DNA of 58,497 bases from Pseudomonadota bacterium (GCA_043818055.1 JBDRGF010000002.1:1-58497), one strand, 5' to 3'. Shown: positions 38,141 to 48,866, numbered from the stretch's first letter. Numbers and translations: made by a program. The notes: generated from the letters alone by a model not told the origin.

Positions 38141-40969
38141 TTAATATTCCGGCATAGTGCCAAATTCGTTTTCAAGGGCTTTTAGCTGGATGCGGATTTG
38201 TTTGTCAATTTCTTTAAAGAGATGATTGTCATTTTCGGTTTTCTTAAGTTTAGCTACGATCTCTTCACTTGAACAGGCTTTGAGCAGGGCGAGTTGAACC
38301 AGGTTTGGATCCTCTTTGGACTGGATATCAGGGTTATAGACATTGTTGATGATGTTGTGAATTTTTGGAATCGATAGGAGCTCGGAAAAATCTTCGCTTT
38401 GAATTGCAGTCGCCCAAACACCAATTTCATTCTCCCCATCTTTTTGAGCGGTTGAGATCTGTTTTCTTATAACCTCTATCTGATCAGTAATTCTCAATGT
38501 CTGAGTCGGTGCTGGAGCTGAAAAATTGATGTAGTCAAGAATCTGTTTTAGATAGTTGGTGTGGTGCTCAAAGTCAGCCAATACGTTTTGAATAGAATCT
38601 AATTCCGATGTGGAGATTGGAGCGTTGGCTTCAACGAATTTCTTAGCCTGATCGGTCCCATCTTGCCATTGCCTTGCCTCTGCTTCGAGCAGTGTGATGC
38701 CAAATCTAAATTTCTGCCGGTCTTTAGCAGAGTTGAATAATGTAGGTAGATGAGAATATATCTCAAGGCACTTCGGATCTTTGTGTAATAGGGTGTTGAT
38801 GTCGTCAATGGAAAGGGATTCTTTTGCTTCAACTGATTGGTTAAATTGTTTGCTTGCTTCTCCAGCTGAGCTGTGTTCAAGCAATGTCTTTTTATCCCAA
38901 CTTATTAGCCACCTCCAGCTGTTGCGGTTTTCACGGACGAGAATTGGAGGAAGCCCGTTTCGTTTTAGAGTGGAGTTGATTTTTGTTGCAGCGATTTTAA
39001 AGAGGTGATTGGGCGAAGATTTTAACTGTTTAGAGTCCCAACTAAAAAGTGGATAGCCTATAATGCAGTGGACGGAGCGAATACCTTTTGTTGCACATCG
39101 GGTGATGTGTTCGATAAGCCTTTTAGCCTGCTTGTTGTTTTCGAATTCTAGCTTTTTGCTTTTCACGAAAACAGTTCCATCCCAGTGTATGTTGAGATCA
39201 TCGAATGATTGGAATGTCAGTTTTAATTGCTGTGAACGTAATTGAGCGATAGTTGAATTCAGATTTGTCTCTTTTTGAGTTAAGGTCGTGATTTTTCGTT
39301 CAAGATTATTGAGTTTATCCTTTTGGGAATTCCCCCATTTTATCAATGCCGCACGCTTTGCTTTTAGAATTTTATGTTCACCAAGGATGTTTTCCATTTG
39401 AAGCATGTTTTGTACATATCTCTCCTGTAAAGATCTGTAGCGGCGCTTTGTTTTGATAAATATTAAGCTGCCTACGCTCAATAGACCAATCAGAACACCT
39501 CCAAAATAGAAAGACGATTTGTCTATTGCTGTAATAATTATTTTTTTTCTCAACGAATTTGCCGCGTTTATGGTGGTTTGATGTACGATTTCAAGTGGCT
39601 TTCGCTGAGCGATCTGTTCCCAGATTTGCCAAATGTGATCTCTGATCAGTTCGTTTTCTACGAGCTCACCCCACTCAGGAATCGATGGGTAACTTTTTCC
39701 TTTATTGAGTGCTTCTTGAAATACGCGCATACCTGGTTTTCTAAAATAGTGTTCCATTTCACTATTTCTTGCTGGGAGAAATGATGTGGCATCAGAATAG
39801 CGACTTTGCGATGAAGAAGATGTAAGAAATTTTACTAGCTCAATAGCACGTTTAAAATTGCCTCTTTCTTTTGTTGCGTGCCATATTCCGAGGTTTGATC
39901 CACCAATGAATGGGTGGCTTCCGTGGCTTCCTGCTGGTAGAAGGGATACTCCAATTTTTTTATACCATCCCTTTTTGAGCCGGCTAATAAACCATGGCCC
40001 TGTAATGATTGAAGCGTAATGTCCTTTTATAAATTCGGTTTCCAAAGTTTCCAGGTTGATCGAAGGCACTAAAGCGGATCCATTTTGGGAAAGGTTATGT
40101 AGATAAGTAATTGCTTTAAGCGATTCTCTACTATCCAGCTTTACGGAATGAAATGGAATTCCACCCAAGGATTTTACCTCCAATATATCTCCTCCCTCAC
40201 CCCACAGCCAAGGGGAAAGATTGTGTAACAAATCCCATTTGCTCCCTATTGGAAAAGCTATCACAGCATCAATTTCAGGATGTTCTTTAAGAATCTCAGG
40301 ACAGTTTTTTATAAAGCTATGAGTGTTTTGAAAAATCGAATTGCCATTTTTAACTTTATCTTTGTGGTAAAAAACTATGCGCGTTTCTACAAACCATGGT
40401 GCGGCGAAAACACCTCCCATTTTGTGAGGTTTTACACTTTTAAGTGCATGATCAAAAAAAGCATTTTCATCAATTTCACCCTTGATGTTAAGTAATGCAC
40501 CCTTGTTTGCAAAGTAAGCTGTCCAGGTTGTTCCGATCTGGACGATATCTGGCAGTTTATCGATCTCTTTTTGTTCAATTGCTGATGTCAGTCTGTTGAA
40601 AGCGTTTTGCCAGCGAATGATTTCAATTACTATGGTTTCATTTGTTTTTGATTCTTTTTGAAATCTTTTGAGTTCGTCTATGAATTGGCTTTGCCAAATG
40701 ACGTGATTTCCCAATGGAAAATCCCCACCTTGTTGACTAGGAAGCAAAAAGTCGTAAGGATTATTTTCAATTACAATGCCCGACTCATTTTTTAATTTCG
40801 AAATGAAAGATGTTACATTTTTTTGAGTGAGATTATTTTCTAGATGTTTGGGCTCATTTGGCATGACCCAAATACGGAGAGGATGAGCATAAGCAACTGA
40901 AAAGTTTGAAATCAGCAACAGAAGTCCGAGGATTGTAGCTATTAGACATTCTCTAAGGCTTATGTTCAT
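38141..40969 (-). CDS. extracellular solute-binding domain - TM - coiled coil - putative winged-HTH regulator fusion
   Basis: Signal peptide; PDIVQIGTTW, PWFVETR, FIGGSNL, AIELVKFLTS (family-1 SBP); TM FYFGGVLIGLLSVGSLIFI; coiled coil; OmpR/SARP-like segment. Confidence 0.75.
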   Translation of the reverse strand: MNISLRECLIATILGLLLLISNFSVAYAHPLRIWVMPNEPKHLENNLTQKNVTSFISKLKNESGIVIENNPYDFLLPSQQGGDFPLGNHVIWQSQFIDELKRFQKESKTNETIVIEIIRWQNAFNRLTSAIEQKEIDKLPDIVQIGTTWTAYFANKGALLNIKGEIDENAFFDHALKSVKPHKMGGVFAAPWFVETRIVFYHKDKVKNGNSIFQNTHSFIKNCPEILKEHPEIDAVIAFPIGSKWDLLHNLSPWLWGEGGDILEVKSLGGIPFHSVKLDSRESLKAITYLHNLSQNGSALVPSINLETLETEFIKGHYASIITGPWFISRLKKGWYKKIGVSLLPAGSHGSHPFIGGSNLGIWHATKERGNFKRAIELVKFLTSSSSQSRYSDATSFLPARNSEMEHYFRKPGMRVFQEALNKGKSYPSIPEWGELVENELIRDHIWQIWEQIAQRKPLEIVHQTTINAANSLRKKIIITAIDKSSFYFGGVLIGLLSVGSLIFIKTKRRYRSLQERYVQNMLQMENILGEHKILKAKRAALIKWGNSQKDKLNNLERKITTLTQKETNLNSTIAQLRSQQLKLTFQSFDDLNIHWDGTVFVKSKKLEFENNKQAKRLIEHITRCATKGIRSVHCIIGYPLFSWDSKQLKSSPNHLFKIAATKINSTLKRNGLPPILVRENRNSWRWLISWDKKTLLEHSSAGEASKQFNQSVEAKESLSIDDINTLLHKDPKCLEIYSHLPTLFNSAKDRQKFRFGITLLEAEARQWQDGTDQAKKFVEANAPISTSELDSIQNVLADFEHHTNYLKQILDYINFSAPAPTQTLRITDQIEVIRKQISTAQKDGENEIGVWATAIQSEDFSELLSIPKIHNIINNVYNPDIQSKEDPNLVQLALLKACSSEEIVAKLKKTENDNHLFKEIDKQIRIQLKALENEFGTMPEY

Positions 40970-41133
40970 ACATTTTCGTATATCCCATATGGCATATTAA
41001 TCAAGCTCTTTTAAAACAGGGGTTTATGTCGTTTTGTTAAACCTTTCCTCAATTTATCTGAAACGTTTCATTATATATAATTGTAATTGGAACAATAGAG
41101 TGCATATCATCTCATCAATACGGGGGTGTGTTT

Positions 41134-44100
41134 ATGGATAAAAGAAATATTTTTACTTCTACGATATTCTTATTTTTCATTTTTGCCTTATGTCTTGGGA
41201 GTTGTGTTGCCCCGCCTGAAACAGCCACAGACGCAACTTATGATACAGACTATGCCCCGCCTAAAAAAGAATATCCCACGATATTTGTTCACGGACATGG
41301 CAACGATGTATGGGCGTGGCAGCCGATGATCGAGAGGGTCAAAGGCAGTCGTCAGGTATATCGCAATGGAGAGGCTTTCTATGCTGGGGATGAAATCAAA
41401 GGGACTTATGATAAAAATTCAATATGGAATTTTGGTTATTACAAAGAACGTTATTATGAGAGGGATCAGTATCCGTATTATGGCAGAATTGGGGGAATAC
41501 CAATTAAGCGGACAAATAAGATGTATAATGTTCTCGGGGATGTTTACGTAAGAAAGGCAGATTGTACAACGTTGTACTATATCGGGGGAGCGTGTGATCC
41601 AAATCAAACTCCTATAACGGTTGAAGACACCGAATATGAAAGCAGGGTGAGCTATGCAGATCAGCTACGACGGGCTGTAGATAAAATACTGGCTGCGACT
41701 GGGGCAGAGAAGGTCAATATTGTTGCACATTCCATGGGTGGTCTTGTCGCACGCTCGTATATCAAATGGCTCGGTGGGAATGATAAAGTATATAGAATTC
41801 TGACTGTTGGAACTCCAAATCATGGAGTTTCAGATCTGGGCGAGCATATCATGCAATTCGGTCTTATAGTAGGTATCTTCGGAGGAATGAACCCCGACCC
41901 CGACTGGCAAAAAATTGGCGAAGACATTGAGATGTATCCCAAAGCTGTAGATGATTATCACTTCGATAAAACACCTAATGATATTCCCTTGTATGATGGC
42001 AAGAGCTTTATTCAACAATTGAATGATGGAGGAATGATCGTTTCTCCTGTGCAATATGCTACAATAGCAGGAGATTATCACGATATCGTTTTATCATCAT
42101 TTGAACTGTTGGGAATCGATCATCTTAAAAGAAATGGGGTGCCGGCAGATCCTCAAGATGATGTTGTCGTAAATATCAGGGAAGTGCAGATTGAGGGAGC
42201 TGAGTTCAATACGATAGTTCATGCTGCTCACGGCAGGCCCGAAAAGGATAAGGATTTAAAGGGAATAAATGATCCAGACCTTCTTTTAACCGAATCGGGT
42301 GCGACTGCCTCAATCATCGGACGCTGGATATTGGGAGACGTAGGTGAAGAACTTGCACCCGATATCGATTACGATGGCGATGGAATTTCAAATCTGGATG
42401 ACAACTGCCCCGCAGTCGCGAATCCGGATCAGGCAAACCGGGACGGAGATTATAATGGTGATGCGTGTGATCCGGATCCTGACATACCTTATGATGCAAT
42501 CTCTGCATCTCCCCTTTCTCACGACATCGGTGAGGATGATGATCAGGATGGCATTGTGTGGTCTGTCGATAACTGTCTTTACGTGTATAATCCGGATCAG
42601 GTTAACACCGACAGCGACTATCGTGGAGACGCGTGCGATCCTGATGATGATAATGACGGCGTAAAAGATATAAATGATTTATTTCCCCTCGATCCAAAGG
42701 AGTGGATTGATACTGACAAGGATGGAACGGGTGACAATGCTGATCTCGATGACGATGGCGATGGACTATCTGATCAGATAGAGGCGAGTTTAGGAAGCAA
42801 TCCGCTTGATCCAAGTTCAAAACCGATTGATACAGACGACGATGGCCTGCCGGATCTGCTGGATCCCGATGATGATAATGACGGTGTGCTTGATCAAAAT
42901 GATGCGTTTCCGCTTGATCCAAGCGAATCGATCGACACTGATGGTGATAAAATTGGAAACAATGTGGACACTGATGATGACGGTGATGGTTATTCGGATG
43001 AATTGGAGGATATGGAAAATACAGATCCACTCAATCCGCTATCAAAACCTTCGGATATCGATAAGGATGGTATTCCCGACAGCACCGATACGGATATCGA
43101 TGGCGACAGCTATGAGAATACAAAAGATATCTTTCCCCTCAATCCAAGGGAATGGCTCGATACGGATGGCGATGGGATAGGAAATAATGCCGATACGGAT
43201 GACGATGGTGATCTTTATACGGATGCTGTGGAGATACAGGTTGGATCGGATCCTCTCGACCTGAATTCAAAACCGGCAGATCATGATGGTGACTTCATCC
43301 CGGACAGCATGGATCCCGACGATGACAACGATGGTGTATTGGATGTGGACGATCCGAGTCCCTTTGATCCAGCAGTATCCGTTGATACAGATGGTGATGG
43401 CATCGATGACAGGATTGATACGGATGATGACAACGATGGATATAGCGATGTGATGGAGATAAGCTGTGGTGCCAATCATCTGGACGCAAACTCAAAGCCG
43501 GCAGATAACGATAAAGATGGGACACCGGACATCCTGGATTCAGATGATGACAACGATGGTGTTCCCGATCTGAACGACGCCTTTCCATTTGATCCGGGCG
43601 AGTCGCTGGATAGTGATGGTGATGGAATAGGAAATAATGCCGATACGGATGATGATGGCGATGGTTACGTTGATGTGTTGGAAATTCAATTTGGAACGGA
43701 TCCTCTGAATTCAGCGTCGAAGCCAAAGGATTTCGACAAAGATGGCAATCCTGATTCGACTGATTCGGATGATGATAACGATACATATGTCGATTCGAAT
43801 GATCTCTTCCCCTACGATAAAACGGAATGGGCGGATTTCGACAGGGACGGTATCGGTGATAACCGGGATCTGGACGACGACAACGATGGATATCCGGACA
43901 GCGTTGAGATAGATGAGGGGACAAATCCTTTCGATGCCAATTCAAAGCCAAACGATCTGGATAAGGATCTGATTCCTGATAGCATAGATGATGATATCGA
44001 TGGTGATGGTTATCTCAATCAAAATGATGTCTTCCCAAGGGATCCAAGTGAGTGGAGCGACTTCGATCGGGACGGCGTAGGAGATAATGCCGATCCGGAC

Positions 44101-44829
44101 GATGACAACGATGAAATGCCTGATTGGTGGGAGTTGCAATACGGTCTGAATCCAAAATATGCTGAGGATGCGTCTATGGATAAAGATGGTGATGGCATTC
44201 GGAACGATTCAGAATATGCGCACGACACCGACCCGACAAACCATTGCGATCCGATTCAATACGATTTTTGTTACTATTACGACATTCCGGATGCAGGGAC
44301 AGATGCGGGACAGTGTCGTTTAAATCCATCTGAGGCATTAGGTGAAAGATGTGTTCCGCTAGGCAGCTGGTCGCAAAAGGCGATTGTGGATACAGATGGT
44401 CGTCCGGGCTGGTGTGAACAGCGATTTATAATCCGAACGAAATTCGAATGTCCGAGCAATTTGGAAGTGTGTATGGATTTTATGCCTGTCGGTTGGGAAT
44501 GTTCGATGGATATTGGTCTATGCACTATTGGAAGGTTCTCACAGTGTAGAAATCCGGGCACACATTGTGCAAAAGCCAATACATGGACCAGCACAATAGG
44601 TTTAGACATGGATGATGATAGGGGTTGGTGTGAGCAACAATTTTTTATAAATGGCCCACCTCAATTTTTCCTTGAGATGGAGTTTTCCGGCAGCACTAAC
44701 GGCCAATGCAAAAACATGGGAACATCGACAGCGAATACATATGGCGGGAAAACGGCGAATATCGGTCTGAATACAAACAGTCAGCCCGGCGGATGTGATG
44801 TGAGATGGAGATTGGGGAAAGAGAATTAA
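41134..44829 (+). CDS. lipoprotein: alpha/beta-hydrolase (lipase-like) + Asp-rich Ca-binding (thrombospondin type 3-like) repeats + Cys-rich C-terminal domain
   Basis: Lipobox LGSC; FVHG, AHSMGG, GTPNHG; DNCP and DxDxDG repeats; three C-terminal GQC...DTDxRxGxC-type repeats. Confidence 0.85.
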   Translation: MDKRNIFTSTIFLFFIFALCLGSCVAPPETATDATYDTDYAPPKKEYPTIFVHGHGNDVWAWQPMIERVKGSRQVYRNGEAFYAGDEIKGTYDKNSIWNFGYYKERYYERDQYPYYGRIGGIPIKRTNKMYNVLGDVYVRKADCTTLYYIGGACDPNQTPITVEDTEYESRVSYADQLRRAVDKILAATGAEKVNIVAHSMGGLVARSYIKWLGGNDKVYRILTVGTPNHGVSDLGEHIMQFGLIVGIFGGMNPDPDWQKIGEDIEMYPKAVDDYHFDKTPNDIPLYDGKSFIQQLNDGGMIVSPVQYATIAGDYHDIVLSSFELLGIDHLKRNGVPADPQDDVVVNIREVQIEGAEFNTIVHAAHGRPEKDKDLKGINDPDLLLTESGATASIIGRWILGDVGEELAPDIDYDGDGISNLDDNCPAVANPDQANRDGDYNGDACDPDPDIPYDAISASPLSHDIGEDDDQDGIVWSVDNCLYVYNPDQVNTDSDYRGDACDPDDDNDGVKDINDLFPLDPKEWIDTDKDGTGDNADLDDDGDGLSDQIEASLGSNPLDPSSKPIDTDDDGLPDLLDPDDDNDGVLDQNDAFPLDPSESIDTDGDKIGNNVDTDDDGDGYSDELEDMENTDPLNPLSKPSDIDKDGIPDSTDTDIDGDSYENTKDIFPLNPREWLDTDGDGIGNNADTDDDGDLYTDAVEIQVGSDPLDLNSKPADHDGDFIPDSMDPDDDNDGVLDVDDPSPFDPAVSVDTDGDGIDDRIDTDDDNDGYSDVMEISCGANHLDANSKPADNDKDGTPDILDSDDDNDGVPDLNDAFPFDPGESLDSDGDGIGNNADTDDDGDGYVDVLEIQFGTDPLNSASKPKDFDKDGNPDSTDSDDDNDTYVDSNDLFPYDKTEWADFDRDGIGDNRDLDDDNDGYPDSVEIDEGTNPFDANSKPNDLDKDLIPDSIDDDIDGDGYLNQNDVFPRDPSEWSDFDRDGVGDNADPDDDNDEMPDWWELQYGLNPKYAEDASMDKDGDGIRNDSEYAHDTDPTNHCDPIQYDFCYYYDIPDAGTDAGQCRLNPSEALGERCVPLGSWSQKAIVDTDGRPGWCEQRFIIRTKFECPSNLEVCMDFMPVGWECSMDIGLCTIGRFSQCRNPGTHCAKANTWTSTIGLDMDDDRGWCEQQFFINGPPQFFLEMEFSGSTNGQCKNMGTSTANTYGGKTANIGLNTNSQPGGCDVRWRLGKEN
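42637..44112 (+). repeat. 75-aa (225-nt) period Asp-rich repeat stalk, copy 1
   Basis: Alternating 35-aa (..FPLDPxE..) and 40-aa (..GSDPLD..) units; colinear with 46874-48349. Confidence 0.9.
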
Positions 44830-44898
44830 AGGGAATTACATATAAATGAACACCAGTTTTTATTTTTGGTGGGGTATCGAAAATAGCAAGGAGGTTGT

Positions 44899-45657
44899 AT
44901 GCAATATTTAGCCATCTTAATCTTATGTTTAACTGTGCTAATTTCATGTGGCGGCAATTCATCTGATGTTGAATCTTCAACTGATCCATCGGTTGTAACA
45001 GAGAATTCGGAATTAGAGACGCTCACCTACTGGACAGATCCAAACACCGGTGACACAGTCCTTGGAGTACAACCCAACATAAATTCGAAGGGAGAACTCT
45101 TAGCTTATAGAGAACAGAAAATCGAAGAAGCTGAGCAAATTTTAGCACTGACAAGGAATAAAAGCGTCGAAAAGCCTTATTATCCGGTAGTCATCACCAT
45201 GAACAAACCGATTTCGCTGGCCGAGGTACGCCAGATGCTTGGCAGATATAATCCATCTGTTGCGAAAGTTTTGAAGTCTGTAGGTTCAATAAATTATCTC
45301 CCAAAGGCAGAATTAGTAAAAAACGAAGATGCTCTGATCATTGGTTCGGTCAAATTTGTTTCAACGGAGGGTGGCGGACAATTATCTTATGACACGCTGA
45401 CCAGGGAAAAAGAGATGTCTAAATTGGAAAAGCAGATCGCATTTAAAGAAAAAGAACTCAATGGCGTTGAAAATTATCGGGTGGTGAAAGGAATCACCAG
45501 CGTAACCGGCGGCATTCATCGCGATAGCATCATGTCGATTCAAGAGGATGCCAATGTTTTTCTGGCAGATATCGGCCCGATTGATATGTACAAGACCAAG
45601 CCCGAAACTGTTTTGTGGAACGATATTTATAGGGATGTCGAAAAATATTCAAAGTAA
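44899..45657 (+). CDS. hypothetical lipoprotein
   Basis: Lipobox LISC, RBS aggagg, between two giant secreted proteins. Confidence 0.8.
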   Translation: MQYLAILILCLTVLISCGGNSSDVESSTDPSVVTENSELETLTYWTDPNTGDTVLGVQPNINSKGELLAYREQKIEEAEQILALTRNKSVEKPYYPVVITMNKPISLAEVRQMLGRYNPSVAKVLKSVGSINYLPKAELVKNEDALIIGSVKFVSTEGGGQLSYDTLTREKEMSKLEKQIAFKEKELNGVENYRVVKGITSVTGGIHRDSIMSIQEDANVFLADIGPIDMYKTKPETVLWNDIYRDVEKYSK

Positions 45658-45685
45658 GTGAAACAAAACTCCTTTTGGAGGACAT

Positions 45686-48600
45686 ATGAATTGTTTAAAA
45701 TTTTCCAAGATGATATTTCTGGTCGCATTTCTAAGCATATTTTTTGCTGTTACGACCTTTGCCGGAGACGAAAGAAGTTATTGTTCACAAGGAGGAGCCG
45801 AAAGGATTCTTTGGGCACCTAATGATCGAATTGGACCGTCTGTTCTGGATGTAGGAAAAGAACGCTGGGATGGTTTTGAAAATTACGACGGTTATTTTTG
45901 GACATTTCATGCCTTCAAGTGGAACAAGGCGCTGTTGGATAATCTTAACAACTCTAATTGTGCTAAGATGGGTGAATTGGACGAGGGTGTTTATGAATTT
46001 CGGCGTGGTCCGGATGAGGGGGCAGCATGGGAATATTGGGATGGCGTTTGGTCCAGGGTCGAAGTTGAATGGTTTTTAATTTTTCCTCGTACAGAGCGGC
46101 GCGTATATTCTGAATATATCACTTCCCTGCCGGGCGCCGGCAACAAAGGAACAGAGGAAACGGATGAGTGGTTTGCAAGTGATGTGCATGCAGGGTATGA
46201 TGTTCTTGGTGGAATTATTGGCTATGCCGTTGGAGGATGGTTAGGTGCCGCGCTTGGCGGTGTTAAGGTCTATCCTCCTGTAGCATTTGATTTTGATAAT
46301 TGCGGCCTAGCAGAACCGCGTGCAGATCCACCTAGTAAATGCGACGAGGAATATGAAATTGGCTTTGATTGGAAAAGATTGGAACCCGATCGTTACTATT
46401 ATACCTCTATTAAATTCAGAACAGATGCCGGAGAGGAAAAAACGCCGGTTGATTGGTACGTTAACTTTCAGACAGAAGAAAGGTATGGCGTTTATATTAA
46501 GAGAATTTATATTCCGCCAGGCTTTGGGTCTTATGACAATCATTATAATTGTTCCACTGATACAGGGACATGGTCATTTGATTATGATTCTTCCCCTCGA
46601 CTGAAAGATAATAAACTGTCTAAACTTGGGACATGCGTTGACTCCGATCGTGATGGAACGGCCGATGATGACGACAACTGCCCTAGCATTTCCAATCCAG
46701 GTCAGGAAAATTATGATAAGGATAATGAAACTATAAAGATTGGCGACGCGTGTGACAGCGATGATGATAACGATCAATACTCCGATGAACTGGAAATTGC
46801 CCTTGGCACAGATCCTCTTGACTCTACCTCAATGCCTGCCGATCAGGATAGAGATCTTATTCCTGATTCTTATGATCCAGACAGCGATAACGATGGTATT
46901 CCCAACGAAAAGGATGCGTTTCCACTTGATCCTAAAGAGTGTGTAGACACTGACAAGGATGGAGTGGGCAACAATACCGACTTGGACGATGATGGTGATG
47001 GATTTGCGGATCAGCTAGAGGCAAGCCTTGGAAGCAATCCGCTTGATCCAGGATCGAGCCCTGTAGATACAGATGATGATGGTCAGCCGGATCTGCTCGA
47101 TCCGGATGACGACAATGACGGTGTGATGGATGAAAATGATGTATTCCCAATAGATGCAAGCGAATCGATTGACACTGATGGGGATAAAATAGGAAACAAT
47201 GCGGATCTTGATGACGATGGAGATGGTTATTCGGATGAACTAGAGGATATAGAAAATACAGACCCACTCAATCCGTTTTCCAAACCTTCGGATATCGATA
47301 AGGATGGCGTTCCCGACAGCACGGATTTGGACATTGATGGCGATGGTTATGAAAACACGAAAGACGCCTTTCCCCGCAATCCAAGGGAATGGCTCGATAC
47401 GGATAGCGATGGGATAGGAGATAATGCCGATCTGGATGATGATAGCGATTTTTATACAGACGTCATCGAAATACATCTGGGTTCCGATCCCCTTGACCTG
47501 AATTCAAAGCCGGCAGATCATGATGACGACTTCATTCCTGATGCACTCGATCCTGATGATGACAACGATGGTGTCTTGGATGTGAACGATCCAAACCCAC
47601 TCGATCCAGCCGTGTCAGTTGATACGGATGGTGACGGCATCGATGACAGGATTGATACGGATGATGACAACGATGGATATGGCGATATGTTGGAGATAAG
47701 TTGTGGCACTGATCATCTGGATGCAAACTCGAAACCCGCAGATAACGATAAGGATGGGACGCCGGACATTCTTGATTCAGATGATGATAACGATGGCGTT
47801 TTCGATCTGAATGATGCATTCCCATTTGATCCGGGCGAGTCGCTGGATAGTGATGGTGATGGGATAGGAAATAATGCCGATACGGATGATGACAACGACG
47901 GTTACGTTGATGTGTTGGAAATTCAGTTTGGAACGGATCCTCTGAATTCAGCGTCGAGCCCAAAGGATTTTGATAAGGATGGCGATCCCGATTCGACAGA
48001 TGCGGATGACGACAATGATACATATCTCGATTCGAATGACCTGTTCCCTTATAATAAAACTGAATGGTCAGATTGTGACAGTGATGGCGTTGGCGATAAC
48101 AGGGATCTTGATGATGATAACGACGGTTATCCGGACAGTGTTGAGATTGATGAGGGAACGAATCCTTTCGATGCCAGTTCGAAGCCTAGTGATTTGGATA
48201 GGGATCTGATTCCTGACAGCATAGATGATGATATCGATGGTGATGGATATCTGAATGGAAATGAGGTCTTTCCAAGGGATCCAAAGGAATGGAGCGATTT
48301 TGATAGGGATGGTCTGGGTGATAATTCAGATCCGGACGACGACAACGACGGATATCCTGACCTGATGGAACTTGATTGTAGCAACTCAGATCCCAAAAAT
48401 TCCCTTTCGATCCCTGATGATTTCGATCGTGACCTCATTCCGGATTGTCAGGATTTAGACAAGGATGGAGATGGATATAATGCCGGTTCATCGACGGATG
48501 ACTGTGACTATGACAAAGAGAGCTGGGGTCCTGATACTGACAATGATTCTCTTTGTAATGAAGGAGGCGCAAATGCAGATAGCGACGATGATAACGATGG

Positions 48601-48823
48601 GTTTAGCGATTTAACAGAGGTGATGTGTGGATTAGACCCTTATAGAAAAGACTCTCAGTCAGGTGACAATGACGGGGATACGCTTCCTAACCGGTGTGAG
48701 TGCCATTATGGTGTAAATGCTAATGATAAGAATTCTCCGTCCTGGATTTATTGGTACACTAAAGAGATTGTGTTTTTTAGACCGATACCGGCAGGTGGAA
48801 ATGGGAAGTGTGCCGTTTTTTAG
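45686..48823 (+). CDS. secreted protein: uncharacterised N-terminal domain with glycine zipper + Asp-rich Ca-binding repeats
   Basis: Signal peptide (TTFA-G); VLGGIIGYAVGGWLGAALGG; DDNCP and DxDxDG repeats. Confidence 0.82.
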   Translation: MNCLKFSKMIFLVAFLSIFFAVTTFAGDERSYCSQGGAERILWAPNDRIGPSVLDVGKERWDGFENYDGYFWTFHAFKWNKALLDNLNNSNCAKMGELDEGVYEFRRGPDEGAAWEYWDGVWSRVEVEWFLIFPRTERRVYSEYITSLPGAGNKGTEETDEWFASDVHAGYDVLGGIIGYAVGGWLGAALGGVKVYPPVAFDFDNCGLAEPRADPPSKCDEEYEIGFDWKRLEPDRYYYTSIKFRTDAGEEKTPVDWYVNFQTEERYGVYIKRIYIPPGFGSYDNHYNCSTDTGTWSFDYDSSPRLKDNKLSKLGTCVDSDRDGTADDDDNCPSISNPGQENYDKDNETIKIGDACDSDDDNDQYSDELEIALGTDPLDSTSMPADQDRDLIPDSYDPDSDNDGIPNEKDAFPLDPKECVDTDKDGVGNNTDLDDDGDGFADQLEASLGSNPLDPGSSPVDTDDDGQPDLLDPDDDNDGVMDENDVFPIDASESIDTDGDKIGNNADLDDDGDGYSDELEDIENTDPLNPFSKPSDIDKDGVPDSTDLDIDGDGYENTKDAFPRNPREWLDTDSDGIGDNADLDDDSDFYTDVIEIHLGSDPLDLNSKPADHDDDFIPDALDPDDDNDGVLDVNDPNPLDPAVSVDTDGDGIDDRIDTDDDNDGYGDMLEISCGTDHLDANSKPADNDKDGTPDILDSDDDNDGVFDLNDAFPFDPGESLDSDGDGIGNNADTDDDNDGYVDVLEIQFGTDPLNSASSPKDFDKDGDPDSTDADDDNDTYLDSNDLFPYNKTEWSDCDSDGVGDNRDLDDDNDGYPDSVEIDEGTNPFDASSKPSDLDRDLIPDSIDDDIDGDGYLNGNEVFPRDPKEWSDFDRDGLGDNSDPDDDNDGYPDLMELDCSNSDPKNSLSIPDDFDRDLIPDCQDLDKDGDGYNAGSSTDDCDYDKESWGPDTDNDSLCNEGGANADSDDDNDGFSDLTEVMCGLDPYRKDSQSGDNDGDTLPNRCECHYGVNANDKNSPSWIYWYTKEIVFFRPIPAGGNGKCAVF
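46874..48349 (+). repeat. 75-aa period Asp-rich repeat stalk, copy 2
   Basis: Same length and unit order as 42637-44112, offset 4237 bp. Confidence 0.9.
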
Positions 48824-48866
48824 GAAGCAGAGAAATTTAGTCTAAAATAATTGCTGAGAGGAAACA

